Shown here in pieces: positions 1-12,382 of a stretch of 64,000 bases of DNA. Location: assembly GCA_951406725.2 (NCBI GenBank), contig OX597822.1, positions 83,452,001-83,516,000 on the forward strand, written 5' to 3'. How positions within the stretch are numbered: the stretch's first letter is position 1; each line of letters opens with the position of its first letter. The position numbers and the translations under genes are program-made. The stretch comes from Octopus vulgaris. Its lineage: Eukaryota. Below the pieces are notes generated by a model. That model was not told the DNA's origin. It made no database searches and saw only the letters and a program-made list of their open reading frames with translations.

Positions 1-414
1 TACGCTTTTTCTTTGTTGAAGATGTCAATATATCAATTGGCAACCATAAAGCAGACAATTTCTCTAAATTAGTAGAAAGCATTTTCTCTACACCCTTGGT
101 GGTAAAACTGAAATGAAAGAAGGGTTTTAAAATAATGGATATATGGTACCAAAGAAGGTGGAATACACAGAAATGATAATTTGCTGCAGGAACTTCAGTT
201 AGACTGTCTTGGGAAATCTCACTCTAGAAAAACCAACAGAAAATGCTTGTTATGAGTTGAATAAATGAATAATTTGATGTCATTACATGTTAGGAAGTTT
301 AGGAAACGTGAAATGGTTCCTTTTTAACGGTTGAATTCGAATTAGATAAAGTAATAATGAATTGGGTTGGATTTATGTGCTTGGCCACCGTCGAATGACT
401 GAAACAAGCATATC

Positions 415-475
<61 letters not shown>

Positions 476-565
476 TATATAGGATGAAGTTATTTTTACA
501 GAAAAAAAAATCTTCATAAAAAAATGTGGCAGCATATTAAAATACCTTTATGGTTAAAATTATAA

Positions 566-864
566 ACAACTTATAAGCAAGGGCTAAAGAAAATTATTTC
601 AGTGCCAATATGCTGATAACAGACTTTTAAAGCGTCAATTTCCACATATTATTTATTCGCTACAGAAAATACGTAGAGCTGAATCGAGGAAAGCTAGCCA
701 ACATGATTTTTTTTTTTTTTAAAGTTCGTTATTTCTATATTGAATCAATTTCAGCTCTACGTATTTTCTGTAGCGAGTAAATAATATGTGGAAGTTGACG
801 ATTTAAAAGTCTGTTATCAGCATAATGGCATTGAAATAATTTTCTTTAGCCCTTGTTTATAAGT

Positions 865-867
<3 letters not shown>
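566..867. repeat. Fold-back element (arms about 118 bp, spacer about 65 bp) abutting a (TA)n tract; probable PLE-derived mini-element
   Basis: 566-684 (acaacttataagcaagggctaaagaaaattatttc...tacagaaaatacgtagagctgaa) is the reverse complement of 750-867 (ttcagctctacgtattttctgtagcg...ctttagcccttgtttataagttgt) with scattered mismatches. (TA)n follows at 868-920. Confidence 0.85.
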
Positions 868-924
<57 letters not shown>

Positions 925-1014
925 TTAAATATTGCCAATGTTTTCAGACAACTTTACACAATATTATGAATGCAAGAATGCAAGTAAATTTTGTCAGTTT
1001 CATTCTCAACATAA

Positions 1015-2178
1015 AGTGCAGCTCTGGAGACCATTATTTTAGGAGACCCCAGCTTGGTCTTCCAACCACAACGTGACTTCAGAAATCAAGGCTACATAAT
1101 CTGGGAAATGCTTTTCTTTCTAAAACAACTTCATGGCTGGGAAGAGGTGAAAATCAGAGGGTGCAAGGTCAGGAGAGTAGGGGGGATGGGGGAGGAGTTC
1201 ATAGCCGCACGCCTGTGCTTCTGATCTGGCGACACGCAAGTTGTGGACCGGAGCGTTGTCCTGCAGGAGGAGGATGCCTTTGCTGATCTTGCCCCGCCTC
1301 TTGATTTTGATAGCTTCTCTTAATTTTCTCAAAAGTGAAGCATAATAGGCTCCTGTAATTGTGGTACCCTTTGCCAGGAAATCTGTCATCACTACTCTGT
1401 CCTGGTCCCAGAAGACTGTGAGCATGACCTTGCCAGCAGAGGGCTGCACCTTTGCCTTCCTTGGAGGAGGTGAGTCACGGTGCTTCCACTGCATTGACTC
1501 GGCTTTGGTCTCTGGATCATAGTGATGGACCCAGGTTTCATCCTGTGTAATCAGTCTTTTGAAAAATTTTGACTCATCTTCTTGGCACATCTCCAAATTC
1601 ATCCTCGAGCACTCGATGCGTTCTTGCTTCTGGAAGATGTGAGCAACCTGGGAATCCATCTGGCAGACACCTTTTGCATATGCAAATGGTCATGAATGAT
1701 AGTTTCCACAGACCTGGTACTAATCTTGACCTCATGGGCTATTTGGCAAATAGTTATGCGTCGATCTTCCAAAATGGCAGCCTCAACTTGACGGACAGAT
1801 GCTTCATCAATGGCAGAAGGGGGAGCACAGATCTGGGAGCTGTTTCCACAGAGTTCCGACCATGTTTGTATTCACGATGCCAGCGTTTTACAAGGTCATA
1901 TGATGGGGCATCATCACCATAAGTTACTTTCATTTCATTAAAAGTCTCCCGTGGTGTGCGTCCTTTCAAATACAAAAACCGGATCACTGCTCGACACTCA
2001 ACAGGCTCCATTTCACACTTGACTCAGTTCAAACACCTGTAAATCAGAAACCGCAATTAGTTCAGAGCTGTAACTTTTCACTTAATCTATAGAGATATAA
2101 ATAATTGCACATCCAAAATTTCAGCTAGATCAAACAACTGCAAGTGGGTCAGAGGCATTACTTATTGAACGCCCCTCG
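1015..2178 (-). mobile_element. Mariner (DD34D) DNA transposon, frameshifted and lacking its 3' end
   Basis: 5' TIR on the minus strand reads TA-cgaggggcgttcaataagtaatgcc (2154-2180). Transposase fragments lie in ORFs 1754-2011 and 1120-1659. No second TIR is visible. Confidence 0.93.
1020..2011 (-). pseudogene. Mariner transposase pseudogene
   Basis: N-terminal HTH-like segment RAVIRFLYLKGRTPRETFNEM...VKRW. Catalytic motifs ITQDETWVHHY, LLQDNAPVH and HPPYSPDLAPSDFHLF, with 34 residues between the 2nd and 3rd Asp. Frameshifts near 1660-1820 and a premature stop at 1120. Confidence 0.93.
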
Positions 2179-2201
2179 TATGTATATCTATCTATCTATC
2201 A

Positions 2202-2271
<70 letters not shown>

Positions 2272-2278
2272 ATATCTA

Positions 2279-2328
<50 letters not shown>

Positions 2329-3167
2329 TATATTACATTGTAGGTTCACCATAAATAAATCTGAACATTATGTTGAGAAGGAAACTGACAAAATTTACTT
2401 GCATTCATAATATTTGAGTAAAGTTGTCTGAAAATATTGGCAATATTTAAAATTATTAAAAAAAACAAAACATTAACATGATGGCAAAAAATATTTAATT
2501 TTATTCAATGCGAAACATCTAAATGTTAATACACTAAACATATATTAACGATCAAAATCTTTTTCCTTTAGACACATTTTTCTATTTCTTTTTATTTATT
2601 AATTATTGAAGCCGTTAGCATTTGACATTTAATTCAGAGACCAGACAAAATGTTTTATAAAGAATTTGTTTTGTAAAATCGCAGATGTGTCAACCAGAAT
2701 TTGTAACACAATTTTATTCATTTCTTTGAGGCTGAAGTTTAGTTTCCGAGATTAACTTTGTCTTTTATCCTTGTTTTCGGTAAATACAAATTAGAACAGA
2801 AGCTGTAAGGACCAATTATCCGCCCACCGATAGATATCAACATGCAACGGGAATGAGCGGTGCGTTAGGGCTTAAATCTCCACCGTAACAATCTCGTTGA
2901 TCTGCAAACGCAGCACACATATACACACGTTATATAATTCCCTCAAACGTAACCGCACAAAGGCCTCCAAAATCTGAACTCCGTTAAAATCTATAACGCA
3001 AAATCAAAACTCGTTAATTAACGAGCATCTAAATGATTTTATTAGGGGCTTAATTGTAGTCAAATTGTAATTTCATTGCCTCATTCATTAAAGCCATCAT
3101 GTATAACTTTGAAAAGTAAGCAAGTGAAACGGAAAAAGTTTTCCACAGTTTGAGGGCAGGTTTGGAC

Positions 3168-3169
<2 letters not shown>

Positions 3170-3233
<64 letters not shown>

Positions 3234-3306
3234 TGTTGTTGTTGTTGTTGTTATTATTATTATTGTTATTATTATTATCATATTTCATTATTATTATTAT
3301 CATATT

Positions 3307-3376
<70 letters not shown>

Positions 3377-3381
3377 CATCA
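3170..3381. repeat. (TTA)n/(TTG)n microsatellite
   Basis: Read directly from the sequence. Confidence 0.95.
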
Positions 3382-3666
3382 TGATAAGATTTTAATATTT
3401 GCTGAAATCTACAATGACTGTCTATCTGAATGTTTTAAAGATATATACGGAAAGTGATGTCCTATATACTTTTACCTGATTTTATGAATGAATTACTGCG
3501 TGTATGGTATCTAACAGTACTTGTATTGGCTGTTAATGCTATAAAGAAATTATATAAAATTCTGTATATAAATGTACATAGAGACTACGTGGTTTTAATA
3601 AAGATGTATTTATTTATGCATCAACATTTTGGTGCTCATATCATTTTCTAGTTATATCATTGCTTC

Positions 3667-3704
<38 letters not shown>

Positions 3705-3756
3705 CTATGTGATTCGATATGTATAAGTTTGTGCATAAATATTTACATAAATGTAC

Positions 3757-3821
<65 letters not shown>

Positions 3822-3900
3822 GTGTGTTTGTATTTGCGTGTGTACATGTAAGTATCTATATATCTGTATAATTGTATGGATATTTATGAATGTGTAAATA

Positions 3901-3953
<53 letters not shown>

Positions 3954-4189
3954 CTGTGTGTGCTGCTTGTGTAGTTTCCTGACCTTCTGTATCCGACAAG
4001 TCATCGGTATTAATGGAATCAAGTCAAAGACTAATTCAATAAACCTGGAAATCTGGAAAATTATTGATTTATAGTATAAAACACGAATGTAGTCTTCTTT
4101 GGATTTTGGTCCTGCTTGATCGTTCGTACAAGATATTTATATAATGATACAGATACACACATGTATGATGTATATTTATACATGTAAAT

Positions 4190-4262
4190 ACATGTAGACG
4201 AACTGAACCCGGAACAATGTGGTTGGGAAGCAAGCTTCTTATCACACAGCCACACCTGCGTC
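4190..4262 (-). mobile_element. CORE-type SINE head fragment
   Basis: Reverse complement of ...gtggctgtgtgataagaagcttgcttcccaaccaca...ttccgggttcagt, matching the heads at 31004 and 21294. Confidence 0.75.
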
Positions 4263-4279
4263 TACAGTAATTAATAAAA

Positions 4280-4974
4280 TGTTTGCAATTATATTGGTTC
4301 AAATTTTTGGCCCAAGGCCAGCAGTTTAGGAGCAAGGGGTAAGCTGATTACATCGACCCCAGTACTCAGCTGGTTCCTTAAAAGGATGAAAGGCAAAGTC
4401 GACCGGGGCAGAGATTGAACGCAAAGGCGGCTAGCTGGCAGAAATGTTAGCACGCTGGGCGAAATGCGTAGCAGTATTTTGTCTGTGTTTATGTTCTGAG
4501 TTCAAATTCCGCCGAGGTTGACATTGCCTTTCATCTTTTCTGGGTCGATAAATTAAGCACCAGTTGTGTTCTGGGGTCGACCTAATCAACTGGCCCCCTC
4601 TCCCAAAATTTCGTGCCTTGTCCCAAGAGTAGAGAAGAATAGTTTTTTGAAATATAAGGCGGCGTGCTGGCAGAAACGTTACCACGCTGGGCGAAATGCT
4701 TAGCAGTATTTCGTCTGCCGGTACATTCTGAGTTCAAATTCCGCCGATGTCAACTTTGCAGTCCATCCTTTTGGGGTCGATAAATTAAGTATCAGTTGCG
4801 TATTGGGGGTCGACCTAATCGACTGCCCCCTTCCCCAAAATTTTCGGTATTGTGCCTAGTGTAAAAAAGAGATGAAACTCAAAAGATTAAAACTGATGAA
4901 ATCCTACAAAGCTGTCTTGCTCCATGTGCGAACGATTCTACCAGCTCGTCGCCATACTGTTTGCAATTATATTG
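4280..4974. mobile_element. Nested Meta-domain-type SINE cluster: an old minus-strand copy split by two plus-strand tandem copies (about 4424-4640 and 4656-4870)
   Basis: tRNA-like head ggcggcgagctggcagaa...gagttcaaattcc and central gactttgcctttcatcctttcggggtcgataaa...agtaccag. A 17-bp direct repeat tgtttgcaattatattg at 4280-4296 and 4958-4974 is the TSD of the outer copy. Confidence 0.85.
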
Positions 4975-5949
4975 ACGTTAATAAAATCTTCCTCAAAGAA
5001 TAAACGTTATTAGTGTTCTAATTTGAATAACATGTTGAAATGGTGAATAAACACAATATTTTTAATATTTATGATACATATCACTTAATGTATTTTTCTT
5101 TCCAAAACAGACAAAGTAGTAATTGATGTACTATTAAACTGAAGGTGCTACAATTGTGGCAATGTAAAAAAAGATGGTGGAGTGGATGTTACAAATGTAC
5201 CAAAAATCTCCTCTTTTCAATTTAAAACGATTGGCGTAGCACAAAATTTGAAGCAGCAACACTAACATCTAACAATCTCTACAGCAATTTAAGTTAGATA
5301 AACCTTCAAATACCACGAAATTTAAGTTTCATATGTAAAATATGATGAGAAATGACAAATGAATAAATTACGAGCAAAAAAAGAAAAGGCAAGAAAAAAG
5401 ACAAAAGAAAGAAAGAAACATTGAAAGGAAGGAATTAAATTAGCTTAATATGCATCAACCATAATCCACATATTTTTGTTACCAAAATTTGCGTAAACTG
5501 AATTATTCCACCATTAAAATAAGTTTTTGATGGAATTTTATACAAAGGTGATGCATATGAAGGAAAAAATCCCCCAAGGTAAATAAAGTAAGGATTTTCA
5601 TAGACACTGTATTACTTGCAATAGAAATCAGCGCTTCATTGAACTCTGTACAATGTATGAGGCTATGGTTAAATATTTAGCCGTAAGACTATGCCTTTGA
5701 GTAGCGAGAATAAATACAAAGCGTCATTCATTCAGGGAAATCAGCATTAAAATATCATACATTAATCGTTGGTGAAGTTGATACATTTCTGTTAGTAAAA
5801 TGCTTATCCTGTATGTTTTTGTTCTGAAAAAGCAGCAGTTTGACAACAGAAAAAAATTCGTCTGGATGAAAAGTCGATTTCAGACAAATCAAAATTTCTT
5901 ATACAACCACTCCTAGATAGAGTCGCGGAGGTATCAAATACGCACGGTC

Positions 5950-6590
5950 TTCAATTCCACCATAAGAAAACAAAACTCATTGTAATAGGAAAAGAGAAAG
6001 TGAACGTTAACGCCAAACTCGGCAGTGAGATGCTCGAACAGGTTGAATAACATAAATACTTTGGAGCCCAAATTTCTTATGGAGCCACATATGATAAGAA
6101 CGTTCATGGAAAAACTTAATAACATCTGGAGCAGCAAGAATGTCTTAACTAGGTTAGAAACCAAGCAAGTGCGAACAAATAGCCATTTATATTTGTGAAG
6201 CATGTAGTCTGAAAACATTTTGAAGAGAACATAATGCGTTTGAAATATGGGTTTTATAGGAGAATGTAACGAGTCTCTTAGAAGGATTATCGGATAAATG
6301 AATGGCTGTTACAACTGGCAGTTCAAAGACGGTAACTTCTGGACATTGTGAAAATCATGAGTTCATCTTTTATGGTCATATTCGAAAAAGCAGAGCTCTG
6401 GAAAACATTGTCGTGGAAAGAAGAGTAGACGGTAATAGATCAAGAGGCAGTTAAAGAACGCAATGAATGGATAATATCATGAGTAGGTTGGACAAGAGTG
6501 GCGAGGCAGCTGGATAACTCACGCCTAATCGAGAAGACTTTCGTTGTAGTATCATGAATGTGCTGCAGGCACACCATACGAAGTCGACAG
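5950..6590 (+). mobile_element. Decayed RTE-clade LINE 3' region
   Basis: Hand translation gives LEQVE*HKYFGA (about 6033) and FYGHIRKSRALENIVVERRVDGNRSRGS*RTQ*MDNI (about 6365-6480). These resemble the RTE motifs FKYLGS and FGHI.R...G.R.RGRQR..W.DNI. Confidence 0.65.
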
Positions 6591-6879
6591 CCATTCATTT
6601 ACTTATATAAAAACTAATGTTGTTGACTCGAAATGGTGCATCTTTAATGTCAGAAAAGTATAAACAAAGGGTTTATGATTCAGCTTAAACAGATTGTCTA
6701 ATTTAATTGGACAATGTTGTATCAAGCATCCTGAACAGTTTGGAGTAATCGATGATCGGAACAGTATTCCAGGAGCGAACCGAGTAAAAACATTACTGAA
6801 GACAGTCATTAAAGTTAATTGTAGAGCAACCATCCACCCATGTTCTCCGATCACGTTTCCTGGAAGGATCGCTCATATC

Positions 6880-7170
6880 AGAAGCAACCAGATTCCTAAG
6901 CGACACCAAGTGAGACTATGCATGTTATCCAACCATCTTCTGTTTTGGTCTACCCTCTGTGTTTCCTGCCTGTTGACTCGGCCTGAAGCTTCTATCTTGT
7001 AGATTTTTGCTGACTCGTTCAAATCGCACGAGCATGTTATCGGAACTGTGACCTCTTAATGCGGAAAAGCAGCGGCGTGGCCTGGAGTCTCTCCTTGATC
7101 TTCGAGTGCGCATCATGTCGAGTAACGTTACACCAGAAATCCTCCGAAATAACCCAATTTCGGTCGCTTT
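6880..7170 (-). mobile_element. Decayed RTE-clade LINE 3' fragment
   Basis: ORF 6925-7332 contains EIGLFRRISGVTLLDMMR and GRPKQK, like the RTE C-terminal EM.FLRRI.GV...D..R and GRP motifs. Confidence 0.55.
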
Positions 7171-9623
7171 ATTCGCGATCATATTCTTCATGTTATTGCT
7201 GGTGAGATGGGCATGAAAATCGATCCAGTTCAAGCAAATAAATTTAAAGAAAGTCAGGATTGTAGAATACAAAACTTTATCGTTTCGTTCTCTTAATAAT
7301 ATGTGGTGGTCAAGAAGATATCTGGCCCTCAAGGCACTAGTGCTAAATTAAAAAGCTTTTGTTAATTATTTTCATCCAATCACTAAATACCGCAAAAGAA
7401 AATTTTTCGCTGGTTCTGAACAGCAATTTTTTCCCAATAAATGACATCTTAGATGAACCACAAAGATACTGCAAAACAATCCGTTTAATCCATACTGATG
7501 GTCGGCAACAAGCAAGGAGGAAATGCAAGATAAAGACAAATCATCTTAGTGAAAGTGTTTTCTTGATGCAGCACAGTTCAAAGTATAATTGTATCCATTA
7601 CAGAAGAGTAAGTCGTTGTGTTAAAGGACCTCTTCACATTTGTTTGAACCCTTTAAGAAGAGAATTCCTATAAATGTGCATGAAGGTGGTTTTGCATTTG
7701 ATTTTCTGTTTATTTTGCATTAAAGGAAATCTTCGACACTTAAGGCATCGACTGTGTAATGAAATGAGTTAAAATAAAAAAAGAGATGAAGAACGGTGAT
7801 AAAAAAAAAGCATCATTGGTCTAATTAAAACTCAATTTAATGACATTAAATATTTAATAGCATAAACAGAATTAAAATATAATCTTTGCAATTATTTCAA
7901 GAAATGTTCAATGGAAAATGTTGGTCGGTTTAGAATCATCTTAAAACTCCTTTATACATGTGCAACTATTAAACCATTGAGAGTTGATTGACAATGGAAA
8001 ATCTGAGTGATTCGCCTGAAACCAAAATCGTGACGAATATCGCGAGTGACTCAACTCATTATATTATCCTTTTAAATCCCGACAACGGAGTAGAAAATGA
8101 ATAATATAAAATCATTGGGAAATTGCAAAATATATAAGTAAAATTATGCTCCTGGCAATGTAATGCTCGCTTAGTGATTTTAAAAGATGTATTGTAAAAT
8201 TGAGTGATACTTGGCAAGATACTAATGGATGCATAGCTTCCAACAAAGATTGATTGGAGCGTTGCGGCTGCATTTAAATTAAATAGTTCGATTCAACCCC
8301 ACAGTTGCATGTACTGGGACCCTAACAGTTCGCATATTATGAAGGAGGAAGATCAAGTTAATTTACTAGATTTAGAATATGGTAAATTTTAGCATGATAT
8401 TGATAAATTAGGCCATTATTTTCTTTACAATACTGTTACTGGTTCCGTATATATGAAGTTTCTGCAACAATCTGTCATGGGAAGTATTGAAGAGGACTTT
8501 GAAGATGTAGAGTCATAATTCCAAAAAGATAGAAGACTAGCTACATTTAATGAAATCTTGCAAAGCTGCTGGAGACAAGGAAAAGGTGCAATGCAACACC
8601 TTCCACGTTCACTGGACACCACTAGATGCTTTATGAAGTTACTTAAACGATAGGGTATACAGCTCCAAACAAGAAAAGTCGACGAATTGAGAGCAGCCAT
8701 TGAACGACTAAGCGTGCAAACACCGAATGAAATATTTCTTGATGTTTTCTGGTTATATTGCTTCGTATTATCAGCAGTTCCAAGACCAGACGTTCATAGA
8801 ATATATCAAATTTTATCTGTTGATTATGTTAAATTTTGAATATGAAATGTAATTTGATACAATGATTTATAGTCATTTAATGACTTGTTCTCGAACGCTC
8901 TGTATAAATACACTAAACACTTTACACATATACACACATATATACAAACATGTATATTTATTTATGTATACACACACAGAGGCATATATATATATATATA
9001 TATATATATTCGTTAGTTGCATCTTTATTTCTTACACAATGTAATCGTCTGTCTACATACTTGCATACATGTGTCTGTGTGTGAGAGAGTGAGTGAGTGT
9101 GTGTATGCTTCTTTGTATATATGTATGCAAGTACGTAAACAGATAACTACATTGTGTAAGAAATACAGCTACAAAATAAGAATACAAGAAACAGATGGCT
9201 TCGTAGCATTTTATTTCTAAACTGTATTTTAAACAATGAACAGCTAAGAGTGTCGACGCTCTCCTATGACCTGGTCGCTAACATGTCACTAATTTCATCA
9301 TTAATGAGTCAGTGACCGAGGCGCAAAAGTGCGTCGTATCTATTTGCTTATAGAACAAATTATAATTAACAATTATTAACAAAGAAAATGAAAAGGAATA
9401 TAACTGTCTTTGAAGATTTTCGGTGCATAAGCTGTTCTGACATACGATCTCATATGCATACGTACATATATACAAATGTATATATGTCTGTGTGTGTGTA
9501 TTTGTGTGTGTATAGATATATGTATATATTTGTGTGTGTGTATAGATATATGTGTGTATAGATATATGTTGTATATATATATATATTTGTGTACATGTAT
9601 AGACATATGTGTTAGAAGCTATA

Positions 9624-9800
9624 GACGCAGGCGCAAACGTGGCTGTGTGATAGGAAGCTTGATTTTCAACCACATGGTTCCGGGTTCAGCCCTACCGCGT
9701 GGCACCTTGGTCAAGTGTCTTCTACTATAGCCTAACCCTAACCCTAACCCAAAATCTTGTGAGTGTATTTGGTAGGCGAAACTAACAGGAGTGTATCGTA
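9624..9800 (+). mobile_element. CORE-type SINE 5' half containing (CCCTAA)n at 9731-9750
   Basis: tRNA-like head followed by gtggcaccttggtcaagtgtcttctactatag; ends at a microsatellite. Confidence 0.8.
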
Positions 9801-9914
9801 TGTATATATATATATATGTATATACTTGGAAATGGATGCGTCGCGTTCAATTAAATAATAAATAATAAATCATATGATATAATATAATATGATATAATAT
9901 ATACACATATATAA

Positions 9915-9982
<68 letters not shown>

Positions 9983-10027
9983 GTATATGTATACGTATAT
10001 GTATATATATATATACATATATACACA

Positions 10028-10397
10028 TGCATATATGGGTACAGGACGCCACTAACGGTGTAAATTAGATGAAATATATAAACAAACGAGTTAAATACTT
10101 AAACAACGAGAACAAAATGGAGACCAGGACGAATATACAGAGAGAAAGGACCCTTCATCAGTTGTCGACTGTCTATCTACTCCTCATTTCGAGCATTCAT
10201 TGTCGTTGAATGCTCGAAATGAGAAGTAGATAGACAGCCTACTACTGATGAAGGCTCCTTTCTCTCTGTTTATTTGTTCTGTTCTCAATTTTGTTCTCGT
10301 TGTTTACGCATTTCACTCGCTTTTCCTTCGTTTCTTTACATATTTCTTGTTATTTGCACCGTTTGAACGTTGGTAACGGCCTGTACCCATATATGCA
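10028..10397. repeat. 370-bp fold-back element with a 7-nt loop between two (TA)n tracts
   Basis: Ends tgcatatatgggtacagg / cctgtacccatatatgca. Centre reads atttcgagcattca-ttgtcgt-tgaatgctcgaaat. Confidence 0.9.
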
Positions 10398-10398
10398 C

Positions 10399-10429
<31 letters not shown>

Positions 10430-10442
<13 letters not shown>

Positions 10443-11235
10443 ACGGCAGTTTGTCTGTCTGTATGTCTGTGTGTCTGTCAGGTTGTACCCTCACCCTGAC
10501 CACGGCTTTCAACCGATTCTGATGAGACTTGACACACACATAGCCCAATGTCATAATTCAAAACTAACGCAGCGAAAATTTTGAAAAGTACCCCCAGTTC
10601 TGAAAAAAAAATCGATAAATTCGACATGGGTCGAGAATCTAAGCTTTTTATGTGCAACACATTTTCTACAGACTGTCTAGGGGACGCAACTCGACCTTTT
10701 TAACTCTCGGAACACGTGGGGTAAGTATCCCAAGATGTATAAAAATGTACAAAAACGGCAAAAAAGCGGGCAGCAATGGGAGTGACAACAACGAAAAAGT
10801 CAAAAGTGACCAAACTGAACAAACGAATGGAAAAGGTTTTTTGATGCACACGACGAAAGCGGTTTATAATAAACCAAGAGTTTGCAAGTAGCGTCCGAGG
10901 ACCCTTAGGGTACGTCAAAAATTTAAGGTAAAACGTTTGGGGTGGTAGTTATAAAGAAAGTGTAAACAAAAAAAGTATTCGAATAACTTGCGGCTGCAGC
11001 AGCTATTAGCAGAAGTGGCGGTGTTGGGGGTAAAGTCTCGAATGTAATTTCTTCCTTGTAGGAATTGGTTGGGTTGAATTATCGATAGCTGTTTGATAGT
11101 TATTTGGGAGTGAAGAGAAGACATTGCAATCTACACATGCGCCTTCGTTCCTTAGAGGGAAAGGACTAGATTGGGATTAGTCGTTGCCTACTAGGAGCTC
11201 TTACATACCCGGGCAACGCCGGGCTATGCTGCTAG
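10430..11235 (+). mobile_element. Non-autonomous Helitron
   Basis: 5' tatatataataa followed by (tgtc)n. 3' GC hairpin cccgg-gcaacg-ccggg (11208-11223), then CTAG (11232-11235) and T, the canonical Helitron 3' end. Confidence 0.8.
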
Positions 11236-11428
11236 TATGTACATACGAGCAAAATGCCCCCCGTCCAATGGACGGTGGTGAGTTGTCAAATATCTAAACC
11301 AAATTTTGTCAAAACAACTTTTCCGACCGTCCCATAGGCCTCCCCTTTGAGAAACACTGATTTAACCTAAATTTGAGACACCAGCGAATGAAGAAGTAAA
11401 GATAGACTGAAATAAGCAAAAGAATAAA

Positions 11429-11496
<68 letters not shown>

Positions 11497-11547
11497 CATA
11501 CAGGGGTGTGTATGGGGTGTGACAGAGCGAGCGAGAGAGAGAGAGAG

Positions 11548-11583
<36 letters not shown>

Positions 11584-12107
11584 AGAGAGAGAGAGAAACC
11601 AATTGAGTCGCAAATATTAAGAAATATTTCATTCGGTTTTTGTGCTCTTAGTCGTTCTAGGGCTGCTGTCAGTTCTGTTTTCATTATCAAAACTTGTGTC
11701 TGTAAAGCAGTGCTAATCAAGACAGCAAAATGACATTACAATTTCAGTAGTCTTAAGCCTTAACGTAACATAGCAGTCTTCTTTGAACAACCAACTCCTG
11801 GCGAAATGGTAGGGTATCACATATAAGTACGTCTTTAGCATTGAAGCCTGGCAAAGCCCACTCTACCAAACAATATACTTCAGAGAAAAAATAAAAAAGA
11901 ATAAAAAAAAGACCGAGGAAGATTAATATGGACGCCATTTCGGAGATATATTTATAGGAACCAAAGCGACGAACGGCGAAGGTGAAAACAAGGTCTTCGT
12001 CACAGATCTCAGAGTGACGAGGTAAATGCCACAAAGCTTTCCTACTGATACAAATACAGTATCTACAAATATACCTCTCATGTAGACACACATATTAACA
12101 AACATAG

Positions 12108-12139
<32 letters not shown>

Positions 12140-12168
12140 TGATATATATATTACCTCCATATATATAT

Positions 12169-12382
12169 ATTCTTTTCTTCTCTAGGCACAAGACCCGAAA
12201 TTTTGGCGGAGGGGCCAGTCGATTGGATCGGCCTCAGTACGCAACTGGTACTTAATTTATCAACCCCGAATGCATGAAAGGCAAAGTCAACCTCAGTGGA
12301 ATTTGAACTCAGGACATAAAGACAGTCAAAATACCGCTAAGCATTTCGCCCGGCGTGCCTACGTTTCTGCCAGCTCGCCGCC
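12169..12382 (-). mobile_element. Meta-domain-type SINE, full length
   Basis: Reverse complement of the family consensus, from ggcggcgagctggcagaa to gcctagagagaagaaaagaata. Confidence 0.9.

Noticed and set aside
606-650. aatatg-CTGATAA...catatt as an HHR in the first fold-back
   Set aside because: The stem I-like closure is present, but G8 and GAAA are missing in both arms.
7900-8820. Possible hAT transposase remnant (also near 13500-13620 and a TIR-like cagtgtttctcaaa at about 11346-11359)
   Set aside because: Only one or two very degenerate motif resemblances; a translated search is needed.
10515-10535. ctgatgag in the Helitron 5' region as a hammerhead
   Set aside because: There is no downstream GAAA or closing stems; it is part of the usual accgatt.tgatga.a motif of such Helitrons.
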